Origin: Eledone cirrhosa
Lineage: Eukaryota
Reading direction: 5' to 3'
Length of the DNA stretch: 64,000 nucleotides
Assembly: GCA_964016885.1 (NCBI GenBank)
Contig: OZ024753.1
Location: forward strand, 46,562,001 to 46,626,000
Both the position numbers and the translations under genes were made by a program. Within the stretch, counting starts at the first letter, position 1. Every line of letters begins with the position of its first letter. The notes under the pieces were generated by a model. That model was not told where the DNA came from, did no database searches, and worked only from the letters and a program-made list of their open reading frames with translations. This document shows, piece after piece, positions 1-13,915 of the stretch.

Positions 1-399
1 GTGCAGACAGTATGAAATCTTCTGTTTCAGCTTTCAGTCCTGAACTGCGCAGTCACTAATAATTGTTGCATGGTTCGTGTCAGGTACTAGCCATGTAGAG
101 GTTTATTTGGCCATTTCATATTCTTCTGTTGAAGAGTTGCTTTCTTTGCTCTTATTTTTGTGACCTTTGCTGCCATTGTTGATGCTGAAGGAGTGTCAGA
201 TGTCACAATGATATTCAGATTTATTTCCCATTTATATTTGGTGCTTTTGTTTATCACAGAGTAAAGTTTTTTGTTGGTTTCATGTTGTTTTACTGTTTAC
301 ATCATCCAGTTATTGGTGCAGGCCAATTGTTGTTGTCTTGTAGGACAGCCCAAATGGATTAGACTTCTGCCTTGCTCGGATCTGAGCAGTTAGAGTCGC

Positions 400-590
400 T
401 TATTGGGCCCGTATTCAGAGGATGGATCACTGAGATGCACAGTGACATCTGCTCTGTGGTCAGAGTAAATGGTCACCTCTCGGTACTGTTCAACATCATA
501 TGCCTGGGCTCGCCTCTATTGTATGTATTGACTCTCGAGCCACTACTGCCCAAATTGGAGACATTGAGGGGCAGCCTGCATGCACTAGGA
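400..590 (+). mobile_element. Degenerate reverse-transcriptase fragment of an L1/Tx1-like LINE
   Basis: Peptide GPVFRGWITEMHSDICSVVRVNGHLS...SPLLYVLTLEPLL resembles non-LTR RT around the (R)QGCPLSP motif, which is partly deleted here. Confidence 0.6.
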
Positions 591-2404
591 TGTGGTCTGT
601 GTGCGAGAGGGGGGAGGGAATTAAGTCCAGAGAGGTGGTGTGAGAGAGAAAGAGGGAGAGTTGTCCTGAATGGTGGGGGGAGGTGTAAGTATTGAAAAGG
701 AAAATGAGTGAAATACCTCCTACTGTGCCTCCTCTCTAAAACAACTTCAAAGTGAATCTCATTAATCAAACTGACTTTCAGGATTTATTAAAGAAAATGG
801 TATTTCACCCTCTCTCTCACTCTCTCTCTCTCTCTCTTTTCCCTTCTCTCTGCCTTCGACTCTCATCCTTTCTTTGTCTCCCCCTTTTTCTCCATTCCTC
901 TCTGCCTTTCTCTCTTGCTGTAAATATGTGTGTATATGTTGATTTTGCCATGTGGCATGGGTTTTACAGCCAGATGCCCTTCCTGACACTAACCCAATAT
1001 TGTATGTATATATATATATCTACATATATATATACATATATCTATATATATATATATACACACACACACACCATATTTCCCCTACTATAAGTCAGATCTT
1101 ATATTATTTTTCCCTCAAAAAGGGACGGTAGGGCTTTCTCTCTATCTTTCTATCTCTCTATCTTCCCTTGTTACATTAATTACAGAAACTCATTTAGTTA
1201 ATTCCAACATCACTTCTGTTTTCTACTTTGACTTTCAATTCTGACAACACCAACTTTCCTCCTTCATCTTGCCAGACTCAATAAAATAAAGTACCAGTTA
1301 TGTCACTGGGGATTTCATTCATTAATCCCTTTTTACGAATTTCTGTCCTTCTGCCTGTCTTAGAAATTATCATTATTATTAATCATATTTTATTGCGTGT
1401 CATTACTACATTACTGAACACAGTTCTGTGGTCCTTGGGGTGTATGTGCAGTGTTTCTGTTTCTGTTGTTTCAGTTTTTCTATTCTCTCCTGTTATTTCT
1501 GTGTCATAACAGTTTTCCTATACCATCCCCAGTATGTCAGTATCATAACAGTTTCTTCTATAACTGTTTTCTCTACACTTACCTCCCCTATCAAACCAAT
1601 TCTTACATTCCTCATTAATTCTCCAATATTCTATAATAACCATTATTGCCATGTCTTATAATGTTGTTGTTGTTCCTGTAGTCCTGATCACTGTCATCAA
1701 TTATCATCACAGTTATTGATACCTCTTATCTTTCAACTCCAGTTCAAATACCCTCAATGTCAGTGTCATGGGGTTTCCTCTCGTCCCTTCTCAATGTCAG
1801 TGTCAGGGGGTTTCCTCTCGTCCCTTCTTTTCTCCCTTCTCTTTTATTTTTTCTATTTTTTTGTTTTTCTACAATTTTTTTATAATTTTTCTTCATGCAT
1901 TATTGATCTTTGATATTTGCCAAGATGATTGATACATCCCATGTGTATCTATGTATATATACACACAATATATATATATATATATACACACACATATATA
2001 TACACACATATATATATATATACACACACATATATATATCATCATCATCATCATTTAACATCTGCTTGCTTGGGGTGGGGGACGCTATAGTCATTAAGGT
2101 AATGATGGTTGTTGTTGTGGTGGTTGTGTTTAGATGTAGTTGTTGTAGTTGTTGTGATGACTTCATACCTATCCCATTGCCATGTGTTACAGTCCAATAA
2201 ACACCATTATTGCTGATGAGAACTATAAGACAACTGTGAGGGGAGGGGTGGCGGGGATAGATGTTCAAACATGTAACAATAAAAACTATTGACTACATGT
2301 AAAAGAATATTTATATGTATTCAAAATATACAGATATATACATAAAGATACATACATGAAAATTATATATATACATACATACATATATATCTATAGCAGT
2401 ATAT

Positions 2405-2485
2405 GCCAAGGACATAATATACCACTCGCTGGAATTGAACTCATAACCTGCCTATTGTCAACCAATGCACTAACCACTAAGCCAC
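2405..2485 (-). mobile_element. tRNA-derived SINE head fragment
   Basis: Minus strand reads tggcttagtggttagtgc...gagttcaattcc (Pol III A and B boxes), similar to the SINE heads at 44956, 50405 and 57417. Confidence 0.6.
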
Positions 2486-3470
2486 ACACATATACACACA
2501 TATATATTATGTGAAGGATGTATATGCACACACACACATGCATATACACACACACACACATATGTATATATACACACACACACATACACATATATATATA
2601 CACACACACTAGACTTGTCACAGAGAGTATCGATAGTTTAAATTCCAAATGGAATCTCACTAGTTGGCGTTGTGGCATTGTTGCCATTGGAAGTCAGTGG
2701 TTTCCACATCCTCTGGACAGGGTTTAGACATTGAAGACTGGGAGGGAAGAAACTGATATGGTGAGGGGGGGCTCTGATAAGGTGTGGTGGTGAGGAGTAG
2801 GGGGATTCTCTGATGAGCTGTGGTGGGAAGGGAGCTGATGAGGGTGTGGTGGGATTGGTGGGGGGCTGGTAGAGGGAAGGAGTCTCATGAGGTGTAGTGG
2901 GGGTGGGGTTGGTGATGGTGGTGGTGGTGTAAAGTGGTTAAGGTATTGATGACAGGGGAGGGGGAGTTGGTGGAGGCATAGTGGGGCTGATGGTTGGGGG
3001 GATGGTGGAGGTGTAGTGAGGCTGGTGGTGGTGGTGAGCTGATGGGATGTAGTGTTGTTGATACTGTTGTTGGTGATGGTGGTGGTGTTTGATATCAATG
3101 AAGATCACTTCAACACACCACCACATTCTTCACCCTTCCTCCACCACCCTTCCTTTCCTTACCCTCCACCCCATCCTGGCAAAGAATAATGTAACAAATT
3201 GTTTGAAAAGGAAGCTATTATCACTCTTTAGAATGGTAAATGGCAGTTTGTGGGGAACTGCCATTGTTAAGTCTGGCTTACAATAGGTTCCTTCTATCAA
3301 AGTTTAGCCTCAAACTCTGTCAATACAAGTGGAACATTCTCCATTAAACGGAATCTCTTTCTATACACCTCTCTCTCTCTATCTATCTATCTATTTATCT
3401 CTCTCTCTCTCACACTCTCCCTCTTTGAATTGAAGTGAGATGGTAGAGGATAAGGTAGAAATAAAAGGTG

Positions 3471-3521
<51 letters not shown>

Positions 3522-3888
3522 ATGTGAGAGAGAGGGAGAGATAGTTATAATGTTATTGTATTCTGTAACAATGGCATTTAAAATGTGTGTGTCCCCCCCC
3601 CCCCTCCCAATGTCTTATAAATGTTCTTGAGGGTCAATTACAGAGAAATAAAAGTGAAAGTAAAGCAATTGAACATTTCAAGGGAATCAAACTGTATTTG
3701 CCAATATTTAAGTACAAGTATTTCATTGCTTGCTACATAATACTGAATACATGTGCTTCTGTATTGGGTCTCAGCATCTGTTGTTGTTGTCCCAACGTAG
3801 GTGTGAGTAACTGTGATTTTTAGTTAAGTTGTTATATATTGTATGTATGTGTGTGTGTGTGTGTATGTATATATAAATATATATATGT

Positions 3889-3919
<31 letters not shown>

Positions 3920-4035
3920 CTACATATATATATATGTGTGTGTGTGTGTATGTATATAAATATATATATGTGTGTGTGTGTATGTATATATATATGTGTG
4001 TGTGTGTGTATGTATGTATGTATATATAAAAATAT

Positions 4036-6694
4036 ATGTCAGAGGAGCATTCTAGTCAGATAGATTTTATCCTCATCAAAGGGTGTGATAGATGGATGGT
4101 TGTAAACAGAAAAGCCTTCCATGGTGAGGAATGTACCTCCCAACATAACTTAGTTGTCAGCAACCTCGCTGTCAAAACTAGACGAACTTGGAAACAGAAG
4201 GCAACCTGGAGAAGAAAGATCTGGAAGCTGAAAGACCCCTCAGTCAGTAACAGGTTTAAATATATTCTACTCGACACCTATGACAGTAAAGAAGAACAGA
4301 TAGAGACATTCAATGTAGAAGAGCACTGGGGGTTCCTAAAAAATAACTTATTAAAGGCGACGGATGAGATCTGTAGTTGGAGCAAGTCCACAGGGAAGAG
4401 GAGAGTGACTTGGTGGTGGAACAATAAAGTAGATGAAGCAGTTAAGACTAAAAGACAGGCATGGAAAGAATGGAAGAATGGGGGTAGCTGGGTACATTAC
4501 ATAGAGACTAGGAGGGAAGCTAGGCGACAAGTATACTTAGCTAGAAGCAGAGGATAGAAAATTCAAGCATGTTTTGCAATGTGAGGACCAGAAACAGGAG
4601 GTGTTCAAGATTGCGAGGCAGTGTGTTAGAGAGAATTGTGATGTCATTGGAGAGAAGTGTATCCGGAATGATAATGGTGAGCTTGCCTCCACAAGTGCCG
4701 AGAAGAAAGCTGCGTGGAAGAGCCATTATGAAAGATTACTAAATGAGGAGAATGCATGGGAAAAAGAGACCCTATAGAGGGGTCAGCAGCAGCATAGTAA
4801 GTAAGGCAATCAAAGATATGAAGACAGGGAAGGCAACCGGTCCATCGAGTATAGCTGCCGAGATGCTGAAAGCATCTGGGTCGGTAGGTCACACCATAAC
4901 CACATGAATTGTTAACCAGGTAATACTAGAGAGTATCATACCAAAGGATTGGTGCAGCAGCATCATTGTCAACTGCTACAAAGGTAAAGGTGATGCACTA
5001 GATAGAGGAAACTATAGGGGTATAAAGCTGATGGACCAGGTCATGAAAGTAATGGAAAGAGTTATAGCACATTTAATCAGGGGCTGGGTGAAACTAGATG
5101 AGATGCAATTTGGGTTTGTACCAGAAAAAGGCACCACTGATGCCCTCTTCCTTGTGAGGCAGTTACAGGAAAAGTACCTAGCTAAAAGTAAGTCGCTCTA
5201 CCTGGCATTCGTCAATATGGAAAAAGCCTTTGGCAGAGTCCCCCGTGCCATAATCTGGTGGGCTCTTAGAAAATTAGGAGTAGATGAATGGCTTGTGAAA
5301 GCTGTACAAGCCATGTATAGAGGAGCAGTCAGCAAAGTTAGAGTTAGCAATGAGTATAGCGAGGAATTTAGCATACAGGTCGGTGTCATTATAGTTTTGC
5401 AGGCAATAACGGAGGAGTTTAAGACCGGATGCCCATGGGAACTCCTGTATGCGGAGGATCTTGCACTTATAGCTGAATCCATGGTGGAACTAGAGAAGAA
5501 ATTCCAAACATGGAAGCAAGGGACTAGAAAGAAAGGGCCTCAAAGTCAACCTGACAAAGACTAAGGTTCTTGTAAGTAGACAAGAAAACAGAACCCAGAT
5601 CCCCTCATGGAAATGGCCTTGCTCAGTATGTAGCAAAGGTGTAGGTAGGAACTCCATCCTCTGCCCCAAATGCAAACAATGGGTACACAAGAGATATAGT
5701 GGGATCTCAGGAAGTTTAACTAAGAATGTAGGCTTCATATGTAGCAGCTGTGCTGGGACAGCAAGCAGCAAACGACCACAGGAAACAAGCACCACCAAAC
5801 TCTGGAAGGGCTCTGTAGAAACAGTAGACAGCTTCTGCTACCTAGGTGACCAAATTAGCAGCGGAGGTGAATGCTCGGAAATTACAATAACTAGGGTAAG
5901 AACAAGATGGAAGACATTCAGGGGGCTACTGCCACTGCTAGCTATAAAAGATTTTTCCCTCAAAATGAAAGGCAGACTGTACGATGCGTGTATACGAACA
6001 GAAATGTTACATGGTAGTGAGACCTGGGTGCTGTGTGGAGAAGACTTGTGCAGATTAGAAAGAAACGAAGCTTGCATGCTCCGATGGATGTTGTAATAGT
6101 AATATACGCAAACGGCAAAGTATAAATGAATTGAGAGAGAGACTGAGCATAAGAGGAATCAAATGTTGTGTGCAGGAGAGGAGATTACGTTGGTATGGAC
6201 ATGTGATGCGTATAAAGGATGACAGCTGCATAAAAAGGTGCAGAGCACTAGAAGTCGATGGAAGTCGCAAAGTGGGGAGACCCAAGAAGACCTGGGATGA
6301 GGTGATAAAGGCCGACCTTACCCAATTGCACTTCTCAAGAGCAATGACACATGACCGTGACTTCTGGCATCGAGCAATAATACAGAAGACCCGACCGCCC
6401 CACAGGAACAAGCTGAAGCATATAGACAATTTGCCCCACACCCTCCCACTGCAAACTGGTCGTGGAGGTGCCATGGCAAAAAAGTACCCAGCCCACACTG
6501 TAAAGTGGACGTGTAGGCACCACGCACTCACTGTAAATGAGGTTGGTGTTAGGAAGGGCATCCAGCTGTAGAAATCAAGCCAGAATCAGTTCCCGTATGA
6601 GCAAGACGAGGTCAGCCGACCGGACACTGCCCACAACAGGACAACCCGTCGAACCCATGCTAGCGTGGAAGAACGGACGTAAAACGATGATGAT
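4036..6694 (+). mobile_element. 5'-truncated, frameshifted RTE-type non-LTR retrotransposon (end of AP endonuclease, RT, PHD-like finger, thumb, 3' UTR, (TGA)n tail)
   Basis: SQIDFIL endonuclease end. YKGKGD...NYRGIKL, QFGFVPEKGTTDA, LAFVNMEKAFGRVP, LLYAEDL (YADD-like), FCYLG, RRLRWYGHVMR and GRPKKTW motifs lie across several broken ORFs. Ends in gatgatgatg. Confidence 0.93.
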
Positions 6695-6919
6695 GTGTGT
6701 GTGCGTGTGGTGTATGTATGTATTTATGTACGTATATATACATGCATGATTGTATGTGTGTGAGTGCAAATTTATGTATGTACGGATTGTTTTATTCAAA
6801 GTAGCTACATAAGTGTTTCCGAGTGTCTCCTCTCTCTCTCACTCTCTCTCTCTCTCTCTCACACACACTCCCTTTCTCATCTACGTACATATGTAACTTT
6901 GAAAAATGTTGTTCCCCAC

Positions 6920-7272
6920 CACAACCTTGTATATAATACTGTGATACACTACAACCTTGTATATAGTACTGTGATACACCACAACCTTGTATATAGTACT
7001 GTGGTACACCACAACCTTGTACATATAGTACTGTGGTACACCACAACCTTGTATATAGTACTGTGGTACACCACAACCTTGTATATAATATTGGGTATAC
7101 CACAACCTTGTATATAGTACTGTGATACACCACAACCTTGTATATAATATTGTGGTACACCACAACCTTGTATATAATATTGTGGTACACCACAACCTTG
7201 TATATAATATTGTGGTACACCACAACCTTGTATATAATATTGTGGTACACCACAACCTTGTATATAATACTG
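6920..7272. repeat. 30-bp minisatellite (cacaaccttgtatataatattgtggtacac)n
   Basis: About 12 near-identical tandem units read directly. Confidence 0.95.
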
Positions 7273-9772
7273 GTCCTTTACATGTCTGAGGAATACTCAA
7301 TCACATGTAATGTTAATTTCATGATCACGATGTTCCGTTGATCAAACAACTGGAACATTGTCATCAAAACCTTATATTCCATCTATCTGTGTGTATGAGA
7401 ATAGTGTCGCTTAGCTATTGGTCAACCTTGATTAAGGGCACTCCAATTATGAGCATCTCATCTTATTTCTGTGTCCAATCTATATTGTCAAAAACAATGT
7501 AGCTATGTCTTATTAAAGTACGTGTCACTCAAGTAAATTTGGCTGCTATTTTATAAAGACTCCTTTGTTGGCTCATATGAGAAATGTGTTTACATTCACA
7601 TATAAAATGAATTACCATACTAGAAAATGAACATGTTTTAATCAAATCTGACCTAAATATATATTTATGATATAAAACTTTTCTTACTAAGATTAAAATA
7701 ACATTTTAAAAAAATATGTTTTTCTCTTAATTTGAACTCTTAGGTTTCAAATTTCCCATTCTAATACATAGAGCTGTTGATTTCTTATCTAAATCAGTAT
7801 GTCTGTATCATCATCATCATCATCGTGTATCCACTATGCTGGCATAGGTTAAACAAGTCATTATAACCTAAGTCAGTTTTATTCAGTTATTACCTTCCTA
7901 GGTAGTCTGTGGATCACATCTCATTACATTTCATGTACTAGGTGTGTTTTATCAAGGCATTAGCACAAAATAGATTGCCATGCCCTTGATATAACTGAAG
8001 AGTTCTCTCTACCCTATATTTTCCCTGCCAACCACTTTACAGAGTATATTAAATGCATTTTATCATGGCACCAGTACCAGAAAAGTTGTCAAGTCCTCAA
8101 TAAAACTAAAGAGAGCTTTCTCCACCCTGCAATGACTTTTTTTGTTGACTAACAACTTCACATAGTGTACTGGGTACACTTTATCCTATCACCAGCACAA
8201 GAGGTTGTCAGGCATTCAGTAAAAGTGAAAAGTCCCTTCTGCTCTATATTATATTATCTCAAAGTGGTGACATACTAAGGTGGACATAAGCAAGGCAATT
8301 CTCCATTGGAAATATTTTATCAATAGAATCAATACATACTAAACCATGTAGAAAAGTCTTGGCAATCAGTTGCATTCAGTGACTAACCTAGATTTTGTTG
8401 CCCATCAGGTCAAAGAGGGCACGCCTATTGAAATATTAGTCACTCTCTGGTAGATTTGTAATGAAACCTGTAGCAGTGAAAACTTCTGGTATTCTTGCCA
8501 CCTCGACCACATTCCTGGAGGGGGAGTTTAATGGGGTCATGAGCACTACCTTTCCTACCACCAGTCACAGGGGCCATGAAGGTGGTCATTGGTGTGGCCA
8601 CCTTTACTACCACAAGTCACAGGGGCCTTCAATGGGTTGATGGACACTGCCCTCTCCCTTCTAAGTCATAATTAAAAAATTCTTTGTTACATGGGTGCCC
8701 ATCTAGTCACCATCTAGTTCCTAGATGATGTTCTACTTACTTCTGTTGATAACTAGGTAAACTGAGGAAGTGGTTTAGAATATAAAATATCTTGACCTTG
8801 AAATCACCATAAAACACAACATATCACACCTAGAAAATATTAGAATTACACAGGGCTGTAATTAAACAGCTACACAGCACTTGTTAGATAACACTCAATA
8901 CAAGTTCAATACATGACACCCTGGTCTATGAGCAGTTTGTCCTCTACCTTATAAACTCAACCAGTTAAATTCTACTCAATAAAAGATGAAGCAATGACAG
9001 CTAGAAATACTCATTAAGTACATTGTTTGTTGAGCCACTTTGGTTACAATAGTTCTGCTACTTATGGCAGAACAGACCATAGTTCTTCAACAGAAGAACT
9101 AACAGTGATTCAATATATATATAGAACTGCTAGACTAATTACCACAGTGACCCCATTAACAGCTAGCTCATTAGATCTCCAGTTCTTCAGATAATTGTAA
9201 TAGCTACAACCACTACCACAACAACAACAACCAGAGATATAGCAATAGCCACACACTCTTTTCTCTATAAATAGATACTCTGCACTCTAGGTGCACTTTG
9301 GTTATTTCAGTATTAAGAAGAATATTGAACAACCATATGCGTATGTGTGTCTTTATATCACATGACATAGCAGTTCAAAAAGAGTTGATTAATAAAATAA
9401 GTATTGGGGTTGATTTCATTGACTGATCAAAACAATATCCCAGCATGATCATAGTCAAATATATATATCATCATAATCATCATCATCATCACAGTGTTCT
9501 GCATTGCAAGGCAGTGTGACAGTATGTTGTTGAGAAAAGGTGTGTTAGAAATAACACTGGTGTACTTAACACCACTGATGCTCAAAAGAACGTGATCTGG
9601 AAATGTTACCTGCTTACAGTGTGGGACCATATGTAGGTGATATATATGTATACATACACATACATAGACTCATATATATATATATACATATATAAGTCAG
9701 AATGGATGCAGTAAAACCTGTTTAGACCATTACACACCAGAGTACTCAATACTTGGGGTAGAGTAAGGTAAA

Positions 9773-9858
9773 ATGAAAGAGTTGGGACCCTAACAGCTGA
9801 GCTCTTGCCATTTGTTGAAACGGCAAGAGCTCAGCCTTCAAGGCCCCGACTCTTTCAT
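9773..9858. repeat. Imperfect inverted repeat (inverted duplication of a hammerhead-like 3' half)
   Basis: Arms atgaaagagttggg/cccgactctttcat and gctgagctcttgcc/ggcaagagctcagc. Confidence 0.85.
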
Positions 9859-9894
9859 ATATATATGTATATATATGTATATATATATATATAT

Positions 9895-10050
9895 ATATTT
9901 ATTAAAATAACAGATTAAAGTTTATGCAAAGAATCGCTGCTTTCACCCTTAACGGGATCTTCTGAAACTAACCTTAGTTTCAGAAGATCCCGTTAAGGGT
10001 GAAAGCAGCGATTCTTTGCTTAAACTTTAATCTGTTATTTTAATAAATAT
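9895..10050. repeat. Near-perfect palindrome, 77-bp arms, 2-nt loop, one mismatch
   Basis: 9895-9971 is the reverse complement of 9974-10050 except at 9925/10020. Confidence 0.95.
9977..10025 (+). ncRNA. Variant type-I hammerhead ribozyme-like fold (core CAGAAGA)
   Basis: Stem I GUUU/AAAC, core CAGAAGA, stem II U-CCC-GUUAA-GGG-U, GAAA, stem III A-GCA/UGC-U, CUU triplet. A second copy lies at 34979-35027. Confidence 0.55.
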
Positions 10051-10244
10051 TTGCTCTACGGTTCTTATATATTTGATATATATTTATCCTTATCGAGCCC
10101 TCTTTGGATTTTAGTCTTCAAATTTATTATTATTACTATATATACACACACACACACCAAATTAGGTTAAATTTACATTTTCATCTGAACCTAATTTTGT
10201 ATATTACATGTTGTCCTTCAGCCTGATTGCTCTGCCAACCTTGG

Positions 10245-10311
<67 letters not shown>

Positions 10312-11441
10312 TGTATATGCCAGACAGCGAGAATTGTGAAGTGTTTCAGTATTGGTCCAAAAAAACAGTAGATATTCATCAGTTAACACTCAGTGACCTA
10401 TTAAACTTTCTCTTATCTTCTCTTTTCTATTGATTTCATGGTTTCATGGTGGCCTCTGGGTTAACATCAAACTCTAACATGCAGCTGCATCAACTAGTTA
10501 CTACCACCACTAATATTATTAATAATAATGTTACTACTACTACTATTACCACCACCACCACTACTAAAAAACTACAACTATAAACACTGTTAATACAAAC
10601 ACCACCACCACTACTCCACTAACACCACCACCAATATTACTACCTCAGTAAGAAATCTAAGAAGCTGGATTTCACAGAACCAGGAAGGGGAACAGCTATT
10701 TAGGAAGTTGCAAGTACAGTCCATTAGTGGAACTGTAAAAATGTGTAAAATATTTCAGAAATTCAGCATGTAATAACTGCATATACACATGTATAAATAT
10801 AGAAATATGTACACATGAATCAAAACATGCAGATCCACACATGCAAAAAAAAAAAATAACACCCCTACCTGCACACTCACACATACAGACATACACACAC
10901 ACATACAGACATACACACACACACACAGACATACATACACATACAGACATACACACACACGTACAGACATACATAGTTGATGTTGGCTGAATTTCAACAA
11001 AAGTCTTGTTTTTATGTTAAAATTGGCTCTCTGTTTGTGAAAATTTATAAAATAAAACCAGAACATACATACATGCATACATACAGACAGACAGGCAGTC
11101 AGATAGACATACAGACAGACAGTCATGAGTATATTTTAAACCGTTTATTTTATAAAATCACATCAAAACCCACCTGGTTCTATGCTGTAAAAGTGTTTTG
11201 TTTAATGTTATCTATAAATCTTCCATCATAGAATTGTTCAAAATTATTGATAAATAATGAGAAATCCTTGCAAATTCTTGATTATTTTCAAAATAATTTA
11301 AAAATTATATGCAGCATGTTTCATTAAAAATATGGTAAAGATAGAGTGAGTACTTGATAAACTATGTATGATATATGTGTGTATATGTTCATAGATATAT
11401 GTACTTATGTGTTTTTTCCATTCACTTTTCATACATATATA

Positions 11442-12333
11442 CAGGGTGTGGACGATATTTGTTCGCAAGATTACTGTCTAGGAAAAACTAACACAGTAGT
11501 TTTATTTTTTAAGATATATTTATCAAACTTGGGTCAGTTTGTCTTCATGACTTGTTCTTTCGATCTCACTTGATAAACCCACCATTGGCTTTGATGACAG
11601 CCTCAAGGCGGCCACGGAACCGGCTACAGGCCTTCGTCACTGTCCCCCGACTTAGGCCCCTAAAGGCACTTGTGATCCTGGCCTTCAGATCGTCTTTCGT
11701 ATTGCAGCTAGATCTGTTGGTGTCTCGTTCCACTGCGCCCCACACAAAGAAGTCGAGGGGGTTGCAGTCAGGCGAGCTGGGAGGCCAGATGTCAGGTGAA
11801 GTGTGGTCGACGAAGTTCTCTGACAGCCAGGCTTGGGTCTTTCGGCTGGTATGGCAGGGTGCTGAGTCTTGCTGCCACACGTACAGCCTACCTGCAGCTA
11901 CCTGGTCAATCCAGGGCTTTACTACCTCGCTCAGAACGCGGATGTAGCCATCGGTGTTCAGCTTGAGGCCCTCAGGGAAGAAGTGAGGTGGCATGATGTC
12001 ACTTTGACTGCTGACGACACCTAAGACCAATGTTGTCGCTGGAAACTTTGTCTGCATGACTCTGGGCACGTCTTTGGATGAGACAGCAAGCCACCTGTTG
12101 TTCTGGGAGTTTCTGAGATTTTCCTTATTTGTCCTCCCGGCGCGAATTCCAAGAAGAACTCCGTGTCTCTTCCACAAATTTGGAGGTTCAAAATTATTCA
12201 TAATCAATTATTCTGAAAATAAATAAGGAAAATATAGTCACTGTTTTTATGAAGACAAGAGTGACAACGGAAGTAAAAAAATTTGAATAAAATTAGCAGT
12301 TGAAAATTGCGAACAAATATCGTCCACACCCTG
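11442..12333 (-). mobile_element. Internally deleted Tc1/mariner-superfamily DD37D (maT) transposon
   Basis: Perfect 27-bp TIRs cagggtgtggacgatatttgttcgcaa (11442-11468 and 12307-12333) flanked by TA on both sides, enclosing a transposase ORF. Confidence 0.95.
11566..12207 (-). pseudogene. Truncated DD37D transposase ORF (213 aa, in-frame internal deletion)
   Basis: WQQDSAPCH...WPPSSPDCNPLD with 37 residues between the second and third D. Most of the HTH region and the first catalytic D are missing. Confidence 0.88.
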
Positions 12334-13085
12334 TATATCCAATCCAATTCTCACTCCTGCGGAACCCTTCCTTGGATGACTTCCACCACTTTCTGTTTGG
12401 TTTTTGTAATGTAAGGGATGTAGCCATACTCACCATGATTAACCAAGTGTGAGTTAATGATATATATATGTATATACAACCATACATATTCATACACCCC
12501 ACACACATACATATATATATAGCTACATACACGCACACATATATATATTCATACACACATATATACATATACACACACAGATCAATACATGATTATAATT
12601 GATGGGATTACACACAGCTACCTAACCATAACTAAACACACCTTATACATTACTTACACACACACACACACATATAAACATAGTTTATATATGTGTGTGC
12701 CCATGTATGTGTGTGTCTGCCCATGTATGTGTGTGTGCCCATGTATGTGTATGTGTATGTGCTCATGTTTGTGTGTGTGTGTGTGTCCATGTTTGTGTGT
12801 GTGCCCATGTTTGTGTGTGTGTGTGCCCAGGTTTGTGTGTGTGCGTGTGTGTGTCCATGTATGTGTGTGAGTGTGTAACATAAACTAGAGAACAAATAAA
12901 ATATTTTCTTTAAACTAATCTTCTTAAGATTGTTTGGAGTTTAACAATGTTTGTTGTTGTTGTTGTTGTTGTTCATATTCAGATTTATGTCCATTCCATG
13001 TGTATATATCTATACTATCTGTAGTATAGATATATGTGTATATATGTATGTATATGTGTGTCTGTGTTTACGAATATCTATGGTA

Positions 13086-13136
<51 letters not shown>

Positions 13137-13311
13137 ATATATACATATATATGTGTGTGTGTGTATATATGTTTGTGTCGATATATGTATATATAATCAC
13201 ATACATTGTATATATATATACACACATATATATTTTTGTGGATATATATGTATGTATATATATATATATACACACATATTTTTGTGGATATATATGTATA
13301 TATATATATAT

Positions 13312-13351
<40 letters not shown>

Positions 13352-13702
13352 TGTGTGTGCGTATATTGTTGTTTGCCAGTCTCTATTTGGTGGTCTTGGA
13401 TTCCAGACATTGTAAATGTTATCAAATATACACACTTCAATTGTACTTTTGTCTATTTATACTGATACACCATTTCAAAGACTACATTCATATCTGGACA
13501 CATACACATGCATACATATAGACAAGCACATGCACACATACACACGGACACATATTTACACATTCACTCACATATACACATGGACACATACTCACGCACA
13601 CATACACATCCTCACGCACACATACACACAAACACATACTCACGCACACATACACACAAACACATACTCACGCACACTTTTATTACTATAACCAAGGATG
13701 AT

Positions 13703-13915
13703 GGATTGGCAGAATCATTAGATTCCCAAACTGAATGCTTTGCTGTATTTGTTTTGGCTTTTTACATTCTGAGTTCAAATCCCGCCAATGTAAATTTTAC
13801 CTTTCATCCCTCCAAGGTCAATAAAGTACAGTACCTGTCACATACTGAGGTTGATATGACTTTCCCCTTCCCCACAATTATTGGACTCGTGCCAATGCTA
13901 GAGATCCTGCCATTA
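13703..13915 (+). mobile_element. SINE family B copy (tRNA-like head plus conserved central domain)
   Basis: ggattggcagaatc...ctgagttcaaatcccgcc...cctttcatccctccaaggtcaataaagtac, homologous to the other family B copies. Confidence 0.8.

Noticed and set aside
6920-7272. CRISPR-like 30-bp periodicity (also the 20-bp array at 43901)
   Set aside because: Head-to-tail repeats without unique spacers, no cas genes, eukaryotic context.
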